Positions 28,936 to 39,526 of a stretch of 64,000 bases of DNA are shown in pieces. The stretch's first letter is position 1, and the number at the start of each line of letters is the position of its first letter. Origin of the DNA: Thermodesulfobacteriota bacterium (GTDB taxonomy: Bacteria > Desulfobacterota > Desulfobacteria > Desulfobacterales > SURF-7); the NCBI GenBank assembly GCA_049320885.1, contig JBMORA010000031.1:32001-96000 (forward strand), in the 5' to 3' direction. A model generated the notes under the pieces. The model did no database searches, was not told where the DNA came from, and was given only the letters and a program-made list of their open reading frames with translations. The position numbers and the translations under genes are program-made.

Positions 28936-30726
28936 TCAGAACCCATACCCGCGCCTTACGGTCTCCGGGTCCAGGGACGTCAGCAATTCCTTCATCCGCT
29001 GGGCGACTTCTTCGTACTTCAAGCGGACTTCCTCCCGGAAGTCCTCATGGATCGTATCCATGGCCGCCTTGCATTTTTCCATGATCCGCCGGCTCTGCCG
29101 CCACAGATTCTCGGCCTGCCGCACCGCTTCCTTGGAATTTTTCATGACCGTGCCGGAATACCGGCTGACCTGCTCCTTCAAATATCGATAGCCGTCATCC
29201 AGATGGGAAGAGATCTCATCGACCTTCAGCGTTTCCTGGGTGATCATGTGGAAATGATGCCCCATGATGCAGTATTTGATCACCTCGCCGAACACCTGCC
29301 GGTTTTTGAAAAAATGCCGGCCGACGAATTTCAGGTACTGCCAGCCGTAGGGGCTGAACGACTGCATGGAAAGCGACTTCAACAGCATGAGGATTTCCTT
29401 GCCGCCGATCTCCCGCTCAAAATGGGGTGCCTCCCCCAGATTGTCCAGAAACCGGGTACAGCGGGAGAAGTAGTTTTTCAGGTTTTTGTCGTAAATCGCC
29501 CCCAGCACCTCACGATACCCCGCCTTTAATCGCCCCGGCTCCATCTTCGGCTCGAAATTCAGTCTCAGGCAATGGGTATTGTTGCCGTTGGAAGTCGACC
29601 GGATGCGGCCTTCGCGTTCCAGACGGTGGTACAGATCGGTGCCGGGCAGGGCGGTCAGCAGACCCACCATGGCCTTGGGGATGGCGGCCTGCTGGATGAA
29701 GGATATCTGACGTTGGAAAATTTCTTCCGTATCGTTGTCGAAGCCGAGGATAAACCCCGCCATGACTTCCATTCCATGCCGCTGGATGGATTGCACCGCT
29801 TCCCGTAAATCGGTTTTCAGATTCTGCAGCTTGCCGGTTTCCCTCAGGCTTTCCACTGAAGGCGTCTCGATGCCGATGAACACTTCGTTGAATCCGGCGT
29901 CCCGCATGCGGCTCATCAGCGCGGTGTCTTCCGCCAAGTTGATGCTGGCCTCGGTGAAGAAACGGAAAACAAACCCATGCTCGGATTGCCAGGTCTGCAA
30001 CGCGGGCAGCAAATCCGTTTTCACGCTGCGTTTATTGCCGATGAAGTTGTCGTCCACGATGAAGACAGGCCCCCGCCATCCCAGATGGAAAAGGGTGTCC
30101 AGTTCCGCCAACACATCCCGCGGCGACTTGACCCGGGGACGGTTGCCGTAGACCTTCCAGATATCGCAGAACTCGCATCGGAACGGGCATCCACGGCTGT
30201 ATTGGATGGACATGGAAGCATAGGCATCGAGGTTCAACAGGTCGAAACGGGGAATCCGGCTGCGGGTAATATCCGGTTTTTCCAGACACTGCACCAGGGC
30301 GGGAGCGGTTCCAGCCTCCAGCCGGGCAAAAAAGGACGGAAAAATCTCCTCGATCTCGCCTGCCACAATATGGTCCACGCCGGTTATTTCCCGGAAATGG
30401 GAATTGGCGTAAGGCCCTCCCAGGATCGTCCTTTTTCCCAATCGCCGGCAGGCGGCGACGACCTGTTCCACCGATGCCTGCTGAACGATCATGGCGGAAA
30501 TGAATACCGCGTCGGCCCAGCGGATATCGTCCTCCCGGAGCTCCTCGATGTTCATGTCCACCAGTTTCAACCGGCAGGGATCGGGAAAATACGCCGCCAG
30601 GGAGATCAGTCCCAGGGGCGGCTGGCCGCTCTTTTTCCCGATAAACCGCAGGGCATATTTGAAACTCCAGTAAGTATTGTTCGGCACTTCAGGATAAACC
30701 AATAGAATATTTTGTAATTGCAGCAT
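28936..30726 (-). CDS. B12-binding domain radical SAM protein (DUF4070 type) with helical C-terminal extension
   Basis: PPLGL, SAMIVQ, SRGCPFRCEFCDI, VDDNFIGN, GIET, GFILGFDND; start trimmed from the ORF track's 30957. Confidence 0.9.
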   Translation of the reverse strand: MLQLQNILLVYPEVPNNTYWSFKYALRFIGKKSGQPPLGLISLAAYFPDPCRLKLVDMNIEELREDDIRWADAVFISAMIVQQASVEQVVAACRRLGKRTILGGPYANSHFREITGVDHIVAGEIEEIFPSFFARLEAGTAPALVQCLEKPDITRSRIPRFDLLNLDAYASMSIQYSRGCPFRCEFCDIWKVYGNRPRVKSPRDVLAELDTLFHLGWRGPVFIVDDNFIGNKRSVKTDLLPALQTWQSEHGFVFRFFTEASINLAEDTALMSRMRDAGFNEVFIGIETPSVESLRETGKLQNLKTDLREAVQSIQRHGMEVMAGFILGFDNDTEEIFQRQISFIQQAAIPKAMVGLLTALPGTDLYHRLEREGRIRSTSNGNNTHCLRLNFEPKMEPGRLKAGYREVLGAIYDKNLKNYFSRCTRFLDNLGEAPHFEREIGGKEILMLLKSLSMQSFSPYGWQYLKFVGRHFFKNRQVFGEVIKYCIMGHHFHMITQETLKVDEISSHLDDGYRYLKEQVSRYSGTVMKNSKEAVRQAENLWRQSRRIMEKCKAAMDTIHEDFREEVRLKYEEVAQRMKELLTSLDPETVRRGYGF

Positions 30727-30963
30727 TGTCGAGTCCTCCGACATGTATGAAATTGAATTGGTTTTGATCGGTGTCCATTTCGTGCGAATCGTGGCCCCTG
30801 AATACTCATGTAGCCCGAAGATCACCTGCTGGCAATGTTTATATGCTGCTTTTACAATAGTTTTACAAGGCCTGCATGTCGCCTTCCTACCGACGTTTTC
30901 CGCGAAAAGATTTCGCTGTCGTATCGGGCCGGAGCGCCTTTTTCCCGGCGCCGGCAATTTTCG

Positions 30964-31090
30964 GTGAATGTCCTTGATAAGAATGACATCTATGAATTGA
31001 TTGAGAAGCAGTCCCGGATCATTTTCCGCATTAAACCGGACCGGATCGATGTCCTATCAGTGATCCACGGAGCATGGCGGCTACCGCAAA
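30964..31090 (+). pseudogene. C-terminal remnant of a RelE/ParE family toxin
   Basis: DIYELIEKQSRIIFRIKPDRIDVLSVIHGAWRLP resembles the RelE/ParE C-terminal pattern (RE....YRIIYRI....I.VL.V.HG.R); no recognisable N-terminus or antitoxin. Confidence 0.6.
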
Positions 31091-31435
31091 AAAACAGCCG
31101 GGAAGTGGATTTCCCGGCGGTAAGGTACGATATGGATCTGTCTCTGTCTTTCCGCGGCCTCCTCCCGGGGTGCCAAGATCGCCAGCAAGAAGGTGCTGGA
31201 TCTTTCCAAGTTGATATAAAACTGAGGGCGAGCCAAACATTCTTGATGAAATATCATTACCTATCGGTGAGCACGGCACGGCGGGACTGAATATATGTCA
31301 ATTATTTTGTGAATCCAATGGATTAGTTTTTCAAATATCCCGCAAGATATTGACTTTTTAGTTACATCGGTCTATTCATTCTCTGCATTGCAGCAACTGT
31401 TTGGTAATGCTTAATTTCGATAAAGGAAGTACCCC

Positions 31436-32089
31436 ATGCCAACAATTGTAATATATGGTGCCGGTGGATTCGCCAGAGAGGTCGCCTGGCTCATTCCCTC
31501 ATCCAATATGAAACAATATGAAATCGCATGTTTTATTTCCGATACCCCGGAAGAACAGGGTTTGGTGATCAACGGGATTGCCGTAATGAGCCTTGAAGAG
31601 ACCCGAAAAAGATATCCATCCGCATCAGCCATTGCCGCCATTGGGAATCCCGCTGGCCGGGAAATCATCAGCAACAGGGCAAAAGAAAACGGGTTCTGCT
31701 TCGCAACCATTATACACCAAGAAACCCTGAAGTCCGAATGGATTAAGATCGGCGAGGGAACTGTAATTTGCGCTGGGAATATTTTAACGACAAATATTGA
31801 AATCGGGCGGCACGCCCAGATCAATCTGGGGTGTACCATTGGTCATGATGTTATTATCGGTGATTATTCGACCCTCTCTCCAGGGGTGCATGTCTCCGGT
31901 AGAGTTCATATCGGAAACCGTGTGTATATCGGTACGGGTGCTGTCATTATCGCAGGGACCTCTGAACGTCCCATCGTGATTGAGGATGATGTCGTCATCG
32001 GCGCTGGTGCCTGCGTAACCAGATCACTTGCTGGCAAGCAAACCTATGTCGGTGTTCCGGCAAAATCCATCCGAACAGCGCACCTATAA
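31436..32089 (+). CDS. Sugar N/O-acetyltransferase, NeuD/PglD family
   Basis: IYGAGGFAREV, AIGNP..R, hexapeptide repeats, IGHD, YVGVPAK. Confidence 0.92.
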   Translation: MPTIVIYGAGGFAREVAWLIPSSNMKQYEIACFISDTPEEQGLVINGIAVMSLEETRKRYPSASAIAAIGNPAGREIISNRAKENGFCFATIIHQETLKSEWIKIGEGTVICAGNILTTNIEIGRHAQINLGCTIGHDVIIGDYSTLSPGVHVSGRVHIGNRVYIGTGAVIIAGTSERPIVIEDDVVIGAGACVTRSLAGKQTYVGVPAKSIRTAHL

Positions 32090-33325
32090 ATGACAACCAG
32101 AAACCGGCAAACTTCCGATCCTAATTATCCACCAAGCGATCTATCCTGGTTGGGCAGGTTGCGAGGGGCAGCCATCATCATGATAGTCGCCTGGCATGTG
32201 AATCAATTGCCCTTCAGCGGATTGTTTCTTCATAAATATACCAGATTTCTGCTGCCGTTTTTAGATCAGCCCGGATTTCAGGACCTGTTTACAACCACCT
32301 CCAGCGTGCAATTCTTTTTTCTGCCCATCGCCACATTTTGTAATCTCGGATACCAAGGCGTGCATCTTTTTTTCGTTTTAAGCGGATTCGGCTTGGTTTT
32401 GTCCTGGAACGCCTCCTTGAGGAAACAGAAAATCGACCGGTTTTTCCTGTTCTCATGGATGCGCAGACGATTTATGCGGATTTCTCTTCCGCTGTGGTTT
32501 TCCTTGGTCATCGTACTTGTTTTTTTACTACTTTTCGGCCCTAGAAAAATATATTATGTTACCAACCTTCCGGATAGTCCGGTTGTCTGGCTGAGGTTAT
32601 CCTTGCTCACGGCGTTGGGCCTAAATGGACTATTCCCAGGAACTATATATAGTATCAATCCTCCCCTCTGGTTTATTGCGCCGCTTTTCCAGTTTTATCT
32701 CATTTTCCCAATCCTGGTCGTTCTTTTAGATCGATACGGACCCGGAAAATTTATGATTTTTTCCATCATTATCACTATTGTATCTCGCTTTATTTTTATA
32801 TTTTATTTACAAAAATCCATCGGATGGCCTTTTGCTTTAGGCTCGTTCATCGGGTGCCGGCTGGCGGAGTTCGGTTTCGGCATGTCGATGGCGACATGGT
32901 ATCCAGAACAACATCGGAAATGGATACCTAACCTGAAAAATACTCTCCTTACCCTGTCAGGTTATGCAATGGGTCTGGTTCTGGCAACGACTCTCTGGGG
33001 AGCCTTGTTTTCCGAAATGTTCATCGGCGTGTTTCTGTTCGTACTCCTGTATTTTTTCTTTAATCGATTTAATTGGCTATCGATGGAACGGATCGGCAAA
33101 TATTCATTGGGTATTTTTCTAATTCATTATCCCTTGATGTATCCATTACAAAAATTATTTGGTTTGGTTTTACCGAATTATATCTTGTATGGTCAGCTGA
33201 TAAATTTTATTTTGGTTATGATAACATTGTTTTATTTCGGGATCGCTTTTGAATGGTCCTTATCCCGACTGATGCCGTTCCTGCAGCCCACAAAATGCAA
33301 CCATGGAGAAGGGAATGTATCTTGA
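32090..33325 (+). CDS. Membrane acyltransferase family 3 (OafA-like)
   Basis: LRGAAI...H, GVHLFFVLSGF, RRFMRI, WFI...FQFYLIFP, IGKYSLGIFLIH. Confidence 0.9.
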   Translation: MTTRNRQTSDPNYPPSDLSWLGRLRGAAIIMIVAWHVNQLPFSGLFLHKYTRFLLPFLDQPGFQDLFTTTSSVQFFFLPIATFCNLGYQGVHLFFVLSGFGLVLSWNASLRKQKIDRFFLFSWMRRRFMRISLPLWFSLVIVLVFLLLFGPRKIYYVTNLPDSPVVWLRLSLLTALGLNGLFPGTIYSINPPLWFIAPLFQFYLIFPILVVLLDRYGPGKFMIFSIIITIVSRFIFIFYLQKSIGWPFALGSFIGCRLAEFGFGMSMATWYPEQHRKWIPNLKNTLLTLSGYAMGLVLATTLWGALFSEMFIGVFLFVLLYFFFNRFNWLSMERIGKYSLGIFLIHYPLMYPLQKLFGLVLPNYILYGQLINFILVMITLFYFGIAFEWSLSRLMPFLQPTKCNHGEGNVS

Positions 33326-33427
33326 ATGAAATTCGACAATGATCTTTATTAAAATAAGATTTTTGTATATGCATCCATTGTGGATGCGGCTCCAGCCATC
33401 TGCATTTTTATAGCATAAGGATGAATC

Positions 33428-34642
33428 GTGATGATGGAAATCGATGTTTCTGTAAAATCTGCGCCGAATGATTTCGCCATCTTGGGCGGAACTCCCGTTT
33501 TTCCGGAAAAACTCCATGTGGGAAGACCGAACATTTTAAACAAAGCCGCCCTATTGACCCGTATCAACCAGATGTTGGAACGATGCTGGCTGACCAATAA
33601 CGGTCCCCTGGTTCAGGAGTTTGAACAAAAAATTACCGATATAACCGGTGTAAAGCACTGCATCGCCATGTGCAATGGAACCATCGCCCTGGAAATCGTC
33701 ATTCGCGCCCTCGGAATGACGGGCGAAGTCATCGTTCCCTCGGCAACGTTCATCGCTACGGCCCACTCCCTTCAATGGCAGGGTGTCACTCCGATATTCA
33801 GCGACATCGATATCCATACCCACAATCTGGACACCGCCAAAATTGAACGGATGATCACACCCCGGACAACGGGTATCATCGGTGTTCATCTATGGGGTCG
33901 GCCGTGCGATATCGAGGCCCTGACCGATGTGGCCAACCGACACGGGTTGAAACTGATCTTCGATGCGGCCCATGCCTTTGGATGCACATACAAAGGGAAA
34001 ATGATCGGAAATTTCGGTAATGCCGAAGTCTATAGCTTTCACGCCACCAAATTCATCAACACTTTTGAAGGCGGCGCCGTGGTAACCAACGACGACCATC
34101 TGGCTCAAAAAATCCGGTTGATGAAAAACTTCGGTTTCGCCGGTTACGACAACGTCATTTATATCGGCACCAACGGTAAAATGAGCGAGATATCGGCCGC
34201 CATGGGTCTGACATCCGTTGAGAGTATGGACGAAATCATCAGCGCCAACAGGACCAACTACCATCTGTATCAACACCTGCTGGAGGCGATTCCCGGAATT
34301 TCCCTGATCAGCTATAATAAAAAAGAACGGATGAATTATCAGTATATCATCATTGAAGTTGACGAGAAGGCCGCCGGCATAGCCCGTAACCGGATTGTGG
34401 AGATCCTCCACGCGGAAAACATTATCGCCAGGCGCTATTTTTTCCCCGGTTGCCATAAAATGGAACCGTATCGATCCTACTTTCCCCATGCCGGATTGTT
34501 GCTGCCGGAAACGGAGAAACTGCTGGATCGCGTCATCTCGCTACCCACCGGCACAGCCATCACGGAAGAACATATCCGGAAGATATGCGCCACCTTGAGC
34601 GCCATCATCCACCACAGTGGTTCCCTGCGGGAAAGGGCTTGA
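33428..34642 (+). CDS. DegT/DnrJ family NDP-sugar aminotransferase (VioA/DesI-like)
   Basis: LHVGRPN, WLTNNGP, DAAHAFG, SFHATK, GTNGKMSE, RRYF. Confidence 0.92.
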   Translation: MMMEIDVSVKSAPNDFAILGGTPVFPEKLHVGRPNILNKAALLTRINQMLERCWLTNNGPLVQEFEQKITDITGVKHCIAMCNGTIALEIVIRALGMTGEVIVPSATFIATAHSLQWQGVTPIFSDIDIHTHNLDTAKIERMITPRTTGIIGVHLWGRPCDIEALTDVANRHGLKLIFDAAHAFGCTYKGKMIGNFGNAEVYSFHATKFINTFEGGAVVTNDDHLAQKIRLMKNFGFAGYDNVIYIGTNGKMSEISAAMGLTSVESMDEIISANRTNYHLYQHLLEAIPGISLISYNKKERMNYQYIIIEVDEKAAGIARNRIVEILHAENIIARRYFFPGCHKMEPYRSYFPHAGLLLPETEKLLDRVISLPTGTAITEEHIRKICATLSAIIHHSGSLRERA

Positions 34643-34646
34643 TGTC

Positions 34647-35591
34647 ATGAGCGAATATACCGTTGACTACTCCATTATTATACCGGTTTACTATAACGAA
34701 GGCAGTCTTGCAAAAACATTTGATATACTGAAAAAGGAAGTTATTGGCAGGAATCCGGATTTAACGGCCGAGATCATTTTCATCGATGACGGCTCCGGAG
34801 ACAATTCCTTCCAGGAAATGACCGAATTGAAAAATGCCGCCCCACAACTGGTGAGGCTGATTAAATTTACCCGTAATTTTGGACAACTTCAGGCCATCAT
34901 GGCTGGATTCAAACTAGCCAGGGGAAAATGCGTGATCAACATATCGGCGGATCTTCAAGATCCTCCAGAACTGATCAATGAAATGATTTATTATCATTTC
35001 CAGGAACACCGCGAGATTGTCATCTGCACCCGTGAAGCACGGGATGAATCTTTTTTCCGGCGGGTGACGTCGCAGCTTTTCTATTCCATCATGAAACGCC
35101 TGAGCTTTCCGAACATGCCGCAAAAAGGCTTCGATTTCGTACTGCTCAGCGACAAGGTGAAGCAAGTCATCCTGAACAGCCGGGAATCCAACGCATTTTT
35201 TCAGGGACAGATCCTTTGGACCGGATATTCCATACACTTTATCCCCTATGTCAGAAGACGCAGGGAAATCGGTAAATCCCGTTGGACGTTCGGGAAAAAA
35301 ATCAAATACCTGATCGACGGGGTGATGAGTTATTCCTATTTTCCGATCCGGATGATGTCGGTCATCGGCGCCATCACGGCTTTGATCGGCTTCGGATATG
35401 CGTTTGTTATTTTCACGGCCTGGCTATTCGCCGGCGGGTCGGTGAAAGGCTGGGCTCCTCTGATGATCGCCATCCTCGTCCTGAGCGGCGTGCAAATGCT
35501 GATGATCGGTATTGTAGGGGAATACCTGTGGAGAACCCTGGACCAGGTGCGGGAGCGGCAACCGTACATCATTGACCGGATTATCGAATGA
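34647..35591 (+). CDS. GT2 polyprenol-phosphate glycosyltransferase (GtrB/ArnC-like)
   Basis: IDDGSGD, RNFG, ADLQDPPE, two C-terminal TMs, GIVGEYLWR. Confidence 0.92.
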   Translation: MSEYTVDYSIIIPVYYNEGSLAKTFDILKKEVIGRNPDLTAEIIFIDDGSGDNSFQEMTELKNAAPQLVRLIKFTRNFGQLQAIMAGFKLARGKCVINISADLQDPPELINEMIYYHFQEHREIVICTREARDESFFRRVTSQLFYSIMKRLSFPNMPQKGFDFVLLSDKVKQVILNSRESNAFFQGQILWTGYSIHFIPYVRRRREIGKSRWTFGKKIKYLIDGVMSYSYFPIRMMSVIGAITALIGFGYAFVIFTAWLFAGGSVKGWAPLMIAILVLSGVQMLMIGIVGEYLWRTLDQVRERQPYIIDRIIE

Positions 35592-36019
35592 GGATGGATT
35601 TGAATAAAAAATTGAAATTTCGCACCGGGGTGATCCAGTTTGAAAAATATGTGGCGGTGGGCATCCTGAACCTGTTTTTCACCCTGGCCGTCTATTTTGT
35701 TTTTCTCAAACTGCTCCACTCCCATTACCTGGTAGCCTATTCGGTATCATGGCTCGCCGGGGTTTTATTCACCTATGTCATCAATTTCGTCTGGGTGTTC
35801 AAACCGGAAAAGCAATTGGAATTCCGCTCCCGGTTGCCCAAATATTTCATCGTCTACATTTCTTCATTTCTGATCAATTTCTTTTCCCTGAAACTGTTGA
35901 CGGAATTCACAGGATGGGATCCGCTGATCGTTCAGATGTTTATCCTGCCCATTATCGTTTTTATCAACTTTTTTGGGATGAAATGGTGGTCGCTGAGACA
36001 TCGTGAGGTTCCGGATTAA
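35588..36019 (+). CDS. GtrA family flippase-like protein
   Basis: 143 aa, four TM helices, N..WVF motif, overlaps the GT2 stop. Confidence 0.88.
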   Translation: MRMDLNKKLKFRTGVIQFEKYVAVGILNLFFTLAVYFVFLKLLHSHYLVAYSVSWLAGVLFTYVINFVWVFKPEKQLEFRSRLPKYFIVYISSFLINFFSLKLLTEFTGWDPLIVQMFILPIIVFINFFGMKWWSLRHREVPD

Positions 36020-37865
36020 ACCAGGGATCGACATATCCAAAGAAACCCGGGAAAACGGCAGCAACTCCCTCTGGCAGGCCTTCGCCGCCACCGCCGTTTT
36101 GTTTCTGCTGATCTTGATTTTTTTTCCGGTTCGATATGAAACCAACGACGATTTCGCCCTGGTATATGAATTATCTGGGCCTTCCGCAACGCCGGTGAGT
36201 TTTGTTCTCAATCCGATCACCAGTCATTTTCTTTTTTACGCCTACCGGCTTTTCCCGGGAATCCCCTGGTACGGAACCTGGTTGTACGGTAGTATCTTTT
36301 TGGCAATATTTCTGATTATTTCAATTCTTATTCGGATCAGTCATCGTTTGGTGCTTCTTTGGATCGGGCCCTTTTTTCTGATTCTTTTGTTTCGGACCAT
36401 CGCCTTTCCCGGTATCACATCGGCAACCCTGCTGCTGTTGTTCGCCGTCTTTCTAAACATTCTGGATTGGGGCTTGACTGGGAGATGCCCATTTCCTCGA
36501 AAACGGATGCATCAGGCCCTCCTGATGATTGGATTATTCATGGGATTCCTGTTGCGGTGGGAATTGGCGACTTACGCTCTTGTATTCCTCGTCCCGGTGC
36601 TCATCTGCTGTAAGCCCTCGCGGCAACTCTATTGCCGTTCCGTTCTTTCCGGAGTCCTTCTCATTCTGTTGCTGTATCCGGTCTTTTTGACTTATCTGAA
36701 TTCCGGAAACAGACAGCCCTATAATGAATACAGTAAACTGAGGAAGATCTTTCACGATACGGAAAAAGGATATTACTACGAAGATATCACGCCGGCGGCC
36801 CTCGGTAAGGCAGGCTGGTCTTACAATGACTTCGTATTGTTCCGGAATTGGTGGTTCTTATATGACCACCTTCATTTCAATAAGGAAAAACTGACCGCGT
36901 TTTTACAGGAAAACACGCCTCTCCAGAAGAAACCGTTCCTCCGGCACGCTATAGAAAGGGTAACGGAAGCCTTTGGAAACAGCAAACAGCCAACCATTTT
37001 GTTCCTGTTGTCGGCAATGCTGCTTTTTCTATTTCGGATATTGTATCCGCCGGGTGCAATGAAACAGGACTTTCTGAAACGGTCAATATCGATTTCCATG
37101 ACGACGGCCGGTGTTTTATTTTTTGCGTATTACCGCTTTGAACCCCGCATTTATTTCCCCCTGTATGCCTATTTGCTCGGCATGATGGCGATCCTGCTGT
37201 ATCATGACTGCCCCGGGATGCCAGCGCGTATATCGGTCTTTCACAAAATGATATGGTGCGCCGTCATACCGTTTTCCATTGGAACTATTGGCTTGGTCTA
37301 CATCATCGGCGACATCCAGTTGCAGGATCTATCCGCGTCTTACAGGAACAAACAATTTATCCGCCATCAGTTCGAAAAAGTTGATCCAAACCTGATCAAC
37401 AAGGATAGTGCTCTCTTAATCGTATTGAACCCCCTGGATAATATAATGATTGAGACCATCCACCCCCTTAAGGAAAAAAAGGATTATCCCGATTTTACAA
37501 TATTGCCCTTCGGCTGGCAGATTAACTCACCTCAATATGTCCGTCTGCTGGAGGAGTTCGGCGTTTTCGACAAGGATTCCTTTTTACGCTGGACCTTGGA
37601 CAACCGGAATGTTTTCTGGTTTCAGCTTTTCCGGGATTCGATAGACGACCATCGGATCAGCCTGATAGAGAAGTATATCGGACGGTATGCCGCTAATGGG
37701 AAACCATGTGTTTTCCAGCCTGTTGTTGATTGCAGAAACCAGGATGGAATCGGTTTTGTTTTTTTTAACCTGGTGTGCAACAATATAAAGCAAAGTCTTT
37801 TAAATTACATGGACACCGGGATAGAAGCGGTGCTTCCATGTGAGGACAACAGGTATGATCGCTGA
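36003..37865 (+). CDS. Polytopic membrane protein, probable GT-C glycosyltransferase (GtrC position)
   Basis: YETNDD acidic motif after first TM, many TM segments, follows GtrB/GtrA-like genes. Confidence 0.6.
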   Translation: MRFRIKPGIDISKETRENGSNSLWQAFAATAVLFLLILIFFPVRYETNDDFALVYELSGPSATPVSFVLNPITSHFLFYAYRLFPGIPWYGTWLYGSIFLAIFLIISILIRISHRLVLLWIGPFFLILLFRTIAFPGITSATLLLLFAVFLNILDWGLTGRCPFPRKRMHQALLMIGLFMGFLLRWELATYALVFLVPVLICCKPSRQLYCRSVLSGVLLILLLYPVFLTYLNSGNRQPYNEYSKLRKIFHDTEKGYYYEDITPAALGKAGWSYNDFVLFRNWWFLYDHLHFNKEKLTAFLQENTPLQKKPFLRHAIERVTEAFGNSKQPTILFLLSAMLLFLFRILYPPGAMKQDFLKRSISISMTTAGVLFFAYYRFEPRIYFPLYAYLLGMMAILLYHDCPGMPARISVFHKMIWCAVIPFSIGTIGLVYIIGDIQLQDLSASYRNKQFIRHQFEKVDPNLINKDSALLIVLNPLDNIMIETIHPLKEKKDYPDFTILPFGWQINSPQYVRLLEEFGVFDKDSFLRWTLDNRNVFWFQLFRDSIDDHRISLIEKYIGRYAANGKPCVFQPVVDCRNQDGIGFVFFNLVCNNIKQSLLNYMDTGIEAVLPCEDNRYDR

Positions 37866-39513
37866 TAATCTCTCTTCAACTAGCGGGCGGGCCAGAAAAA
37901 GCCGAATTTTGCTGCCATCGGTTCTTTTGGTTTTTTTGACCCTGATGGTTTACTGGCAAGTGAAGGATTTCGAATTTATCAATTATGATGATCCCACCTT
38001 CACGACTCAAAATTACCTTGTACAAAAGGGATTCACCGTAAAAGGCATCCGGGAGATCTTCTCCAACCCCGATTATTTTTGCATGCAGCTGAGTTTTTTG
38101 TCCCATATGCTGGATTGCCAGCTGTTCGGCCTGCAAGCCGGTTACCATCACCTTACCAACCTTTTCTGGCATATCGCGAGCGCCGTTCTGTTGTTTTTAT
38201 TCCTCCGCCACATGACGGGTGCCATGTGGAAAAGCCTTGCCGTGGCCATGCTGTTCGCCATCCACCCGGTCCATGTTGAATCCGTGGCCTGGATTGCTGA
38301 ACGGCGGAATGTCCTGAGTACTTTTTTTTGGTTCGCGGCTCTGCTGGCCTACTGGCGTTACGCCCGTCAACCCGGGTTTCTTTCCTATCTGGCAGTGACG
38401 GTTCTGTTTACTTTGGGTTTGACTGCCAAGTCGATGCTGGTGACACTTCCTTTTCAACTTCTCTTGCTGGACTTCTGGCCCCTGGAAAGAATACATTTCA
38501 AATCGCAAAATTCAAATGTTAAATCTTTCCTCTCATGGGTTATGATAGAGAAAATCCCCCTGTTCGCCATCTCGGCTCTCGCATGTTACCTTACCCTAAT
38601 TTCCGCACGAAATCAGGGAGGGGTTAAAGGAATCGGCGGGCTGGTATCCTTTGAAGCCATTCCACTTTTTTCGCGCATGGCAAACGCTGCCATTGCCTAT
38701 ATCAACTACATGATTCATTTGGTTTTTCCTTTTGATCTGTCGGTTTATTATCCTTACCCGAATTCAATCCCTCTTTGGCAGGTTACCGGCGCATCTCTGC
38801 TGCTGATTTCCATGCTGATCGTTATCTTACGGTATGCTGTTCGTCTGCCCTGGTTGGTGACTGGCTGGTTCTGGTTCATGGGGACTCTGGTGCCTGTAAT
38901 CGGTCTGGTTCAGCTCGGAGGCCAGGCCATGGCCGACAGATATATTTACGTACCGAGTATAGGAATTTTTATCATCCTGGTCTGGGGAACAGCGACGATT
39001 TTCACGAAAACCGGTATCCGGCGGAAAACCACCGCATTATTGGCGGTCTTTTTTTTCACTATCTTGGCATCCAATACCTGGATGCAGCTGCAATATTGGA
39101 AAAACAGTCTGACACTATTCGAACGCACGGTGCGCATAACGCCGGACTACCCCGTGGCATACAACAACCTCGGAATGGCCCTGGCCAACGCCGGCCGACT
39201 GGAAGAGGCAAGCGACAATATCCAAAAAGCCATACAACTGATGCCGGTATTTGCGGAAGCATACAACAATTTAGGCAACATTCTCAGCACCCAAGGGAAT
39301 ATCGATGAGGCTGTCGAGAATTATCGCAAAGCCCTGGCGCTGAACCCGGACTACTCCGAAGCGCATAATAACTTGGGAATCGCCTACTATACGAAACAGT
39401 TGACGGAAGAAGCCATATTCCATTTTCAACAGGCATTGCGTCTGTCGCCGGATTATCCGGATGCGCGCCACAATTTGGAAATCGTACTTAAAAAACGCTT
39501 AACCGGGAAATAA
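37840..39513 (+). CDS. TMTC-like GT-C glycosyltransferase with C-terminal TPRs (copy 1)
   Basis: FINYDD, LFAIHPVHVESVAWIAERR, MADRYIY, about 4 TPRs. Confidence 0.88.
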   Translation: MRTTGMIADNLSSTSGRARKSRILLPSVLLVFLTLMVYWQVKDFEFINYDDPTFTTQNYLVQKGFTVKGIREIFSNPDYFCMQLSFLSHMLDCQLFGLQAGYHHLTNLFWHIASAVLLFLFLRHMTGAMWKSLAVAMLFAIHPVHVESVAWIAERRNVLSTFFWFAALLAYWRYARQPGFLSYLAVTVLFTLGLTAKSMLVTLPFQLLLLDFWPLERIHFKSQNSNVKSFLSWVMIEKIPLFAISALACYLTLISARNQGGVKGIGGLVSFEAIPLFSRMANAAIAYINYMIHLVFPFDLSVYYPYPNSIPLWQVTGASLLLISMLIVILRYAVRLPWLVTGWFWFMGTLVPVIGLVQLGGQAMADRYIYVPSIGIFIILVWGTATIFTKTGIRRKTTALLAVFFFTILASNTWMQLQYWKNSLTLFERTVRITPDYPVAYNNLGMALANAGRLEEASDNIQKAIQLMPVFAEAYNNLGNILSTQGNIDEAVENYRKALALNPDYSEAHNNLGIAYYTKQLTEEAIFHFQQALRLSPDYPDARHNLEIVLKKRLTGK

Positions 39514-39526
39514 CCGTCTATACTCC

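Noticed and set aside
30727..30957. N-terminal extension of the radical SAM ORF
   Set aside because: Family similarity starts near MLQLQNILL; the extension is likely non-coding.
30900..31430. attL/attR copy of the tRNA-Leu 3' end
   Set aside because: Only short chance matches (GGTGCC) were seen.
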